Positions 50,340 to 64,000 of a stretch of DNA of 64,000 bases are shown here, in pieces. Position numbers and translations under genes: made by a program. Where the stretch lies: positions 310,001 through 374,000 of the forward strand of contig NIVC01000353.1 of NCBI GenBank assembly GCA_002269645.1. The letters run 5' to 3'. This DNA is from Macrostomum lignano. Lineage: Eukaryota. How positions within the stretch are numbered: the stretch's first letter is position 1; each line of letters starts with the position of its first letter. A model generated the notes under the pieces. The model made no database searches and had not been told where the DNA came from. It saw nothing but the letters and a program-made list of their open reading frames with translations.

Positions 50340-51060
50340 ACTCATTAGTACAGCCGATTTTAACTATTACTTAAGTTTCCATTGAATTTTCAATATCACA
50401 AATTTTATCAATTTCGATACCTCCATTTTTTAAAATGTTTACATTTCTACTTACAGTAGCTAAATTATACAGCGGTAGTAAGTTTTTATGAGTAACACTT
50501 AAAATATTGCTATATTAAATATTGGCTAGTCTAGTATTTCTAGTATTTCTGTTCTTGAAATTTTCGAAATGAATACTTTCAAGGGATGTTGTCAGACAAC
50601 AGCTCATCACATTTAATTGTGTATGAAGTCTATCCTCGACAATGTCGTTTAACTAAAAATTTGTTTTACTAATCGTTAGAAAAAAGAACTTATTACTATT
50701 ACTTCTTTCACTTATAAAGTAACTTTTTGTGAAATTTTAAAATAAAAAATACATGGAAGTCCTCAAACTTCATACTGCACTTACTTGAAAAAAAACATAT
50801 TGTTTTTAAATTAAATTAAGTTTATAATCTGAATTACACAATTGATAATTCACGTAGCATAGTAGATAATCCACACCCCAGTTGATATTGATAATCCCTA
50901 TCCCACAGTTGATAATCCACATCCCACAGTTGATAATCCACAACCCAGTTGATAATCCACAACCCAGTTGATAATCCACATCCCACAGTTGATAATCCCC
51001 ATCCCACAGTTGATAATCCCCATCCCATAGTTGATAATCCACACCCCAAAGTTGATAAAC
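49620..51060. repeat. Degenerate intronic array (49620-49995) and downstream 21-bp array (50870-51060)
   Basis: GATTTGTTAGAATCAACG-like; GTTGATAATCCACATCCCACA. Confidence 0.8.
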
Positions 51061-52032
51061 AGAAATCAAAAAGATTTTAAGTCCCTTTGCATAAGCTTTT
51101 AGTAGACTGGAGGAAAAACAAACAATAAGAGTGTTTCAAATTACTTTGCTTATAATTGGTGGTCAGTGCAAAGAACCAATTTTAATAACTATACGACAAC
51201 TAGAATCAATTAGCAAATTAATAAATAGTAAGCATAATGTAAATGAGATTACTAAAAGTAGAACAGCCACTTCATCATAGTAGAATAAAAAAAACAACAA
51301 AGGCAAAAAGAAACACAGCTGTTAACCATGACTAAATTAAAACTTTTTCAAGAGATTACTAATAACAAATTGATTTGAAAATTAGATACAAAAAACTATT
51401 ATAATGTACTGGAATGTTCTTACGTTGTTTAAAAGTCTCGGAATAATAAAAATTATTGCAAAAAAGCAAACTTTTGTTTTGACCAGATTTAAACAAAAAT
51501 GTTGGGATTGCACGCTTACAACAACAGAAATAATTTACAAAATGACTGCAGTAATAAAACAAAAAAATTTATAGACTGAAGTTACATCTAAATATACTTA
51601 AATCTTTAATATTTGTTTGTATGCTTGTCAATTACTAAAAACTGATCAATTAATGGATGAAAAAGCGAATTTCGAATTCGCAGTACTTTTTCCGGGTTTA
51701 CGTAAAAAGTACTTAAAGATACGTTATATCAAGATTGGTTGCTTAAACACATAATAAAACCCCAATGTTCAAGTAGCCTAATTTATCGGATAGGCTGATC
51801 GATTAGAAAAAAATCGATTTTCCGGGTTTCCGTAATTTTTAGTATACGTTATAACAAAAGTTCAACAATATTATTTTTTAAATAGCTAATTTATCAGATA
51901 GTTTGATTAATTAGAAAAAAGTTAACAAAACTTCTGGCGCCAATTTAAATCGTATCGATTAGTTTCTAGCGCAGAAATTTGTTCGCACTCAGTTCGGACA
52001 ATAAATTGCCATCCCAGTCCTAATTATTGATT

Positions 52033-55000
52033 TCAATAGCCTCTATAAGGCTGCTGCTGAGTGAAGCCGCTATGCAGTGACATTGTGTACGGCTGCTGCT
52101 GTTGCTGCCTGGATGTGCCAGCGGCATAGACAGAACCAGCTGCTGACATTGTAGGCGGTCGACTCGGAGCCTGGCCATAAGCGTAGGCCTCCGACCCGTG
52201 ACCAGTGACGGCTGCGTACTGCCGTCTCTCCACCTGCTCGTCGCTATTCGACACAAAATACAAAAACACGCAGCTGATTGCGCTGATGAAGCAGGACAGG
52301 ACGGCGAAGGCGAATGACCAGGACAGGTGGTTGTGATCCGGCCTGGGCATCCAGTCGCGGTCGTCAACTTTGACGCCGAACACAATCAGGCCGACTAGCA
52401 GGAACAGCGCGGCGATGGCTTGGGTGCCAAGGCAGATGGACGACTCCGCGTGCCGGTTGCCAACCAGCAGGAAGTGGAACAGGATGCACACCAGGCTGAC
52501 GCAGTGCGAGATGAAGGCCAAGCCGCAGAGCACCTGTACGGCGATGAACCATGGCGGGTCGATCCATTCCCAGATGCCGCGGTTCCACAGATTCCAGTCA
52601 AAGATCCAATAGCATCCGGTCCATTCTATGCCGAAATTGTCCTGCAGTGAGTGAGAGTCAACAAAAATTTATTAAATACACAAGTATTTACCGATATATT
52701 TAAGAAAAGCATGACAGAAAGTTCCTAGTTTCTTAGCAATGTTTCTTTTACTTTGCAAAATAATTTCAATGTATAACTTTTGTTTTAATGTAAAATATAC
52801 CTGAAAAATATTTATTACATGAATTAATTATTTACATAGGAAGGTGTAGTGGAAATAAACTACCAAGAAAGATACTGGGAAAGTATTAATTGCAATTGCA
52901 AAACCTGATATTCAAAGACTAAGGCTTTAGTGCTGTGACCCTCTAATTTTGGTAATGCCTAGGACTGGAGATAATACACACCATATTCAGGCCTACAGGA
53001 TCAAGGATTATAATATGATGCTACCAAAATTGTACTAAGATGCTACCATACAAATATTGGTAGTCAGCTGACATTACTGACAAAGTAGAGTATAACGACC
53101 TACATGTAGTACAACTTGGTATCAGCTTTTGGGATAAAAGTTAGCCCTGTTTTAACTTTGGTAGCATTAATGGATTAAGAGGGAAGTAAAACCTCTGAGA
53201 CATAGTGTTGTGTGGTTTTTTGTAGTTCATTTTTTTTCTTTTAAGGGCCTGTGTTTATTGTGGTGATGCATGAAATTTTGTCACATTAAACTATAACATT
53301 TAATAATAACTGTTAGCTTTATGTCAGTTATGAGTCATTTTGTTTTTATTTGTGCAAATGTTTAACACTAACAAATTTACAATAAACTGATATCATTCAC
53401 TGTTTTTCATTAAATAAAAACAAACTAGAAAGGCACATTTTCTAGGTATTCTTTGGAACAAAAAATTGTATGCTAGTTTTGTTTCTGTGTAAGCTACTCG
53501 TATAATAGGAATTATCTAATACTGATCCATCTATAGTTAGACAATTTTGGCAAATTAAAAGTTAGTTATGGCTAACTATTTTTTGTTATATTAATCATAT
53601 TAAAAAGCTATTCTAAATAATTCCCACTGTCAAAGATGGCCTAAAAATAAAAGTGCATAAAATCATCTTGTTTCATTTATACTACTGCATACTTACATAT
53701 TTGAATTATAAACTTTAGGATCATTTATATATTATGCCATTCTTTTTTAATAATTCTCTCTAAGCCATTTTTTATTACCCTTAGTATAGGTTATATAAAT
53801 TAAAAAATTATCAATAAAAATATTTAAATCATATTTGAAGCAAAGCTAACATAAGGTAATTAAAACCTCAAAGGGACTATTTACTACTATTTTCCTTTTT
53901 ACTTTTATAGCCTTTTTATGTATCTAAACCAAAAAATCTATATATTTTAAGCAAAAAAATTGTATCTTCTACTTGGCATCTTTTTAAAAAGAAAATTAAA
54001 TAAATAATGTATAATAAAATGCCTTTTATCATCATAAATCTAACCCAGACTATTTACTAGAAACAAACTACAAAAGCATGTTGATTATGCATCATAATTT
54101 TTTAAAATAAGACAAAATATTAATTAAAATACTATAATTGCAAAAAAATCTAACTTAAAAGGCAATAACTTAAACATTGCTTTTGGATAGACTTTTGATT
54201 AACATAAATTACAAGGGGTGTCCCAAAAGTAGTGTTACTTTTCACTATATCTCTTGTTCTACTGATCCAAATAATATCATTTTGCACAGATTTATAGCAG
54301 CAACTCTCTTCTTCATATTAACTTTACCATCATAAAAAAACAGACAATGGAAACAAAAGTTATGAACTAAAATGTAGCAGGACCTCGACTATACACTTAT
54401 AGTAAGTAAGTAAGTTAACAAAATTTCAAAGTGGTAGCTCACAAATGGGTAACTGCCTGCAGTGAATGCTGCAAAATGACTATAGTAAATGACTGCTAAG
54501 ACCTATGAGCAAATGAAAGTTGAGCTCAACTGTGTCCTATCCCCCAAAGGGTATATAACATACTCCTCTGAGCAACACTTGAATGCATATCCCTGACTTT
54601 TAGTGTATCAGGAGGAGAGAAAAAAAAGCAATAAAGCTGAAGCCTAGTTTGAAATATTCTGTTGCTTTAAAAACTATATGCTTCTCTAAGTTTTTCCATA
54701 GATATCTCTTTGTCACAGTAGCCTAACAAAGAAGTCTGAGTTCATTCAATCAAAAGTAGGCCTACTTTTGCTACTTTACGCTAGCTAGACGCTAGTCAAA
54801 TTACTGTAAGTCTATGGTCGAGGTCCTGCTACATTTTAGTTCATAACTTGTTTTCATTGTCTGTTTTTAATAATGGTAAATTTAATATGAAGAGGCCACT
54901 ATAAATCTGTGCAAAATGATGTTATTTGGATCAGCAGAATGAGAGATATAGTGAAAAGTAACACTACTTTTGGGACACCCCTCATAACTTGGCAATTGCA

Positions 55001-55491
55001 TAGTTATTCAGAGTTTAGAATTTGAAACAACTAAGATCTTAAGAAGTTCGTCTTAGTATCATTAACACAGTTCTAGCTAGGCCTATCATGACAAAGTCAA
55101 AGATATATTATACAAATACACTATAAATTCTTAGTTTAATAAATAAAATCTACTAAGATTTTTTTACAATTTTTTGCACTCATTTTACAATTATTAATGA
55201 GTAGATTTAGATTGTTCTGACATTAATATACTAATTAGTTAAAACATACTGAATAATTTACTTATTTACCTTTGGATGAATAAACCTATCGAAGCAAACG
55301 GACCACAGACCAACTCTTAGAAATGTACTTCGAGTCTCTGGATAAGACTCTAACCAGTAAGGGCTACAAAAGGATAGAAAGTGTAGCAGGATACTTCCGA
55401 GTGTCGTGCCAACAATAGCCATATTGAGCGGCAAATCGTAGTATGGCGTGCCATGCGGAATAGGATATGACCTCTTTTCAGGCTGTCGCAT
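52033..55491 (-). CDS. Claudin/PMP22 superfamily (Clc-like invertebrate claudin), 2 exons, 276 aa
   Basis: Exon 55491-55270 (SPYWLES..GLWSVCFDRFIHPK|gt) and exon 52641-52033 (DNFGIEWTGCYWIF..PPWF..4 TM..DWMPRPDHNHLSWSFAFAV). W-GLW-C-C claudin signature; phase 0 join. Confidence 0.9.
54210..54986. mobile_element. 777-bp mariner-type MITE with about 200-bp imperfect TIRs, TA target
   Basis: Left TACAAGGGGTGTCCCAAAAGTAGTGTTACTTTTCACTATATCTC..., right end is its reverse complement (..TTTTGGGACACCCCTCATA); homology continues to about 54400/54805. Lies in the claudin intron. Confidence 0.92.
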
Positions 55492-57148
55492 TTTGTAAAC
55501 AAATTGCTGATTTTTACTGCATTATAGACCAGTTCTCACGAAATATTAAGCCAATCTCAGACTGACAAACCGACTAGAGTTCCGAGTCTTAAGCTCAAAA
55601 TGAATGCGGAACTGAAAAGTTAAAAAATACTTTAATCCAGATTACCATACTAGTAACAATTATGTTTATAAACAATGTGTTAGCTAAATTTATTTTATAC
55701 TAAGAAAACATTTGTCGAAAATAAAACCTGTAGGCCTAGTTTTTTTGTTGTAAGAAAAATTTGTTTGTTTTGTAACCGCAAAAATGTAAGCTCGTAAAAG
55801 CTGTTATTTATTTGTAAACCAGCAAATTAATTAATACATTTACTAGACCAAAAACTTGATGTATGCAATGATAATGACAACCAGAAAAAAAACAAAAAAA
55901 TGTATTGGGACTTTGCATTGTATATTATACGCGTACGCTCGTAACTGTGGAATTTTCTGAAAACTTATTTGAGGGGAGCCATGTATAAAAGGCGTTGTAC
56001 CTTTGTGAAAGGCATGTCATTGATTGCTATCGATTTTTTAAAGTCAGAGTAAGCTCATGTGCGTAAAAATCGTATCAACCTAATACAATAATGCACAAGT
56101 TATGTAATTCGGACATCTGAGACCCGGCCGGAACGGAGGAGATGCGGATACATGTATTCGTGAGCACAAAGTTCAGAGCCACAGTTGGTTGCGAGTATAC
56201 AACTCGCTACAGCTGCTTGGCAGCACGCCAAGTCTCAACTGTGGCTGCTACATCTGGTTTGGCGCGTTCGCGACCTGCCCGATGAGCAAGGCACAAAAGC
56301 TCTCACTCTAATCAGCACCTCAAGGGTTCCTCTCGGTAGTTATTACCCGACTGCGACTACCGGCTCAGCACAGGGAGTCGCCAGCTTGCCCAGCAGCCAC
56401 TTTCCTTCTCTGCTCATCCCTTGCTCAGTTGATGAGCAACATCTCAGAATGAGAAACTCACAAATGAAAAAAATTTCTTTCCAAGAAATCACCAAGGCGG
56501 AAACCAATGTAAAAATTAAGATTTTGAATAAATAACTGAAGTAACGCTATGTTCATTAATATGTTAATAACGGCAAGTTTTGTTATCAAAGTTTATTTAT
56601 TAGTTTATTAGTTCTACAGCATAATAAATGTAGCTTACATATGAAGGCCGTTATTGTTGTGACAGATATGCAATGGTGACTACTAATAGCAGTATTGTTC
56701 TGAGAGATTGGCTTAAAAATCAATATTAGAATATCAAGACAAAAAATAAAGAAAATAACTTAATTTCGAAACAGATATTTGTAGCAAAAAGAATTGTGGC
56801 TGGAATGGAGTTAACGGAAATCAAGAAGCCCCTACTAAAGCAATTTCTAAGAAAATTCAAGTCACTCTTCAGCGGCTGACCCGGGGAAATAACCCACCGG
56901 AAAAAATTCCCCGGTGTGGTAAAAAAACCGCGAGCAACCGCGGGGCAGTGAGGATCGGAGCTCAGCAGGTCAAAGCTGCAGCATCTCACGTGTTTAACAC
57001 CTGATTCTTCATCACGCATGAGGCTACCTGGGTGCTATTATTCATCATTCAGTGACAGCCATCTGATTGTAAAATAAAATCAAGTACATTTCCCCTTGCT
57101 GACAACTCAATGCCCCGTAGCAAAATAATTGCTATTAGGAGAGAGCTT

Positions 57149-57149
<1 letters not shown>

Positions 57150-57212
<63 letters not shown>
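57150..57212. repeat. (GA)n microsatellite
   Basis: About 30 GA units. Confidence 0.97.
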
Positions 57213-57214
<2 letters not shown>

Positions 57215-57329
57215 CTGCAGTGTGGGTGTATGCCCACCGTTATATTTCCTCTGACCTTATTGTTTCGCTGTCTGGGAGGCTCTCTCCACTCCGCTCCGCT
57301 CAATGAACTGACTGGAATGGACTTTAAAG

Positions 57330-57600
57330 TCCCAATTCATCCCCGGGCCTCCCAATAGGCTTTCTGCAGCATCAGAAGGCATTTGATGTCGCCATCTCTG
57401 ACTGCGCCGCGCCTCACAATGGGAGAAAAAATTGAGAGGCTGATCAGCAGTCATTTCATATTTAATTGATTGTCCTACACGCCTGATATCCCACTCGCAG
57501 TTGCTCCGCAATGCTCTACTCACCATGTAGAGTCGAACAGTAGTCACAGTAGTGTAGGCTTCAGCCCCCCAAGTGGGGGTTTCCCTACCAGACCACATGA
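57330..57600 (-). mobile_element. Degraded RTE-like LINE fragment (post-RT region)
   Basis: WGAEAYTTVTTVRLYMVSRALRSNCEWDIRR...LNFFSHCEARRSQRWRHQM...ESLLGGP loosely follows the LYG.E.W..L...RR....GH..R..LL.W.P pattern. Confidence 0.35.
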
Positions 57601-58416
57601 TGCGGAAAGGCCGGGGCGGACTGGAGGCGACGCCAAACCACCCCCCCCCACTAACGTTGAGGACAATCTTCTTCAAGTAAATACCGCGGGATTAGCGGAT
57701 TAGCTCTGCACACTGAGGGATTATCTCTGCATACTGAGGGATTAGCTTTTTACACTGACGGATTAGCTCTGTATATACTGAGATAAAATCAAGAAAAAGT
57801 ACTTGAACTGATGGCAGTCGCAGAGTTAATTGTTTAGCCTATGATATATAGGTGTCAACCAGTGCCTCGTAAGCAGAATAGATGATTCGGTAATACAATT
57901 TATTTTTAGTATTGAGGTAAAAATTAGTAAGGAAACAGTGATTAAAAAGCCTAAAGCAAATTTTACATACAAAATAACAGCAAACTTATTGTTTTTATTT
58001 ACAGCCAGAGAGTCAGTTACTAAATGATAGAATGCGAGAAAAGATTTATAATGTAACTTTAGATCGTATCGAGGCAAAATGTATACTTCGCTGAAGTGTC
58101 AGTCACAATTTGGAATATTATTAATCGCCGTGATTTACAACAAAAAGCGCGAGTGAGGTGAAAAACGGTGTCAGCATTAGCTAGCTATACTAGCTATAAA
58201 ATTTTTTTAGCTAGATAGAGAGGTAGGCGACTCACTGCTCGGGCAATAGCGGTCAGTATTGATAGCTACTCAACATTTTTACACATCATCGAATGATGCT
58301 TTTTTTAAGTCTGACTCCAAGCCTGTAATGTCAGGCAATTTACATGTAAACTGTTAGATGCATGGCACTTCTAGTGTGCACCTGTTGACAACGCTGCTTT
58401 ATCTAGTATTGCTTTT

Positions 58417-58704
58417 GTCAGCCAATTTGATAGTTAAGCTGCTAACCAAGTTGAGAATTCCTATTTCATAGCAGTAGATTCGGTCTTGGCCATAGACAAA
58501 GAATAGACGGGAAAAAGCAAGCAAGTTGAAAAGTCAGCCATTGACATCAGGACACGGAGGTATGCTAGCAGCAACCTCTCTAATAGACTCTCTGATTCTC
58601 TCTCTATCCCTTGCCTTTTTCCCTTGTCTATGGGCAAGACCGAATCTACTGCTCCTAAATGGAAATTCTCAACTTGGTTGGCTTTAATTATCAACTTGGC
58701 TAAC
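58417..58704. mobile_element. Small foldback/MITE-like element with about 85-bp imperfect inverted repeats
   Basis: AGCAGTAGATTCGGTCTTGGCCATAGACAA (58470-58499) vs TTGTCTATGGGCAAGACCGAATCTACTGCT (58624-58653), with homology extending outward via AACCAAGTTGAGAA. Confidence 0.7.
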
Positions 58705-59029
58705 TTCGACTGCACTTAATTGGCTTTATTGTCTATGGCCGAGCGCTCTGCGGCAGTGGCTGCTGCTGCAGCGAATGGGGGTTCTCCACTTAAAATTATC
58801 CATCAACTTCACTGACAAAAGCAATAATTAGTAAAAGCAAAAGTGTTCGATTATGAAAACAAACATAACGCACTGAGGAATAAAAGAAATTAAAATACTG
58901 CAAAACAGATCCGCCTATGTGAGCCAGTCGGTTCACGAATTCATCGCTGTTTCGGTCATGAAGCTTCGAAATAATAGCTTACAAAGCAGCTGTTGAAGTC
59001 AATGCGTAGTTGCTGTGCGCAATTATCGA

Positions 59030-64000
<4,971 letters not shown>

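Noticed and set aside
51686-51925. Diverged duplication of about 125 bp between the convergent TRIM and claudin genes
   Set aside because: Ordinary old local duplication with no coding or structural signal.

Overview
Repeat-rich metazoan (eukaryotic, intron-containing) genomic DNA. The GC-rich exons and introns filled with unrelated minisatellites resemble the flatworm Macrostomum lignano, but that species call is inference only. I can assemble six protein-coding genes by hand with GT-AG boundaries and consistent frames: a small TM + SEL1-repeat protein (+), DDX56/DBP9 helicase (+), SNX13 (+), a RING-Bbox-Bbox-coiled-coil-NHL TRIM protein (+), a claudin/Clc-like tetraspan (-) and the 3' part of a MEGF6/10/11-like multi-EGF gene (-). 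Mobile DNA includes a mariner transposase cut by the window start (not in the ORF track), a 3.1 kb TA-TSD TIR element inserted inside a minisatellite with a nested Gypsy remnant, a long-TIR MITE, two tRNA-derived SINE copies and two RTE-like LINE fragments. Most long ORFs in the supplied track are translations of tandem repeats. The main unexplained structure is that nearly every intron carries its own tandem array. At least two arrays trace to mobile-element sequence: one is an amplified SINE A-box, and two others sit beside a shared Helitron-like terminus. I see no clear evidence of a wholly new protein-based system.
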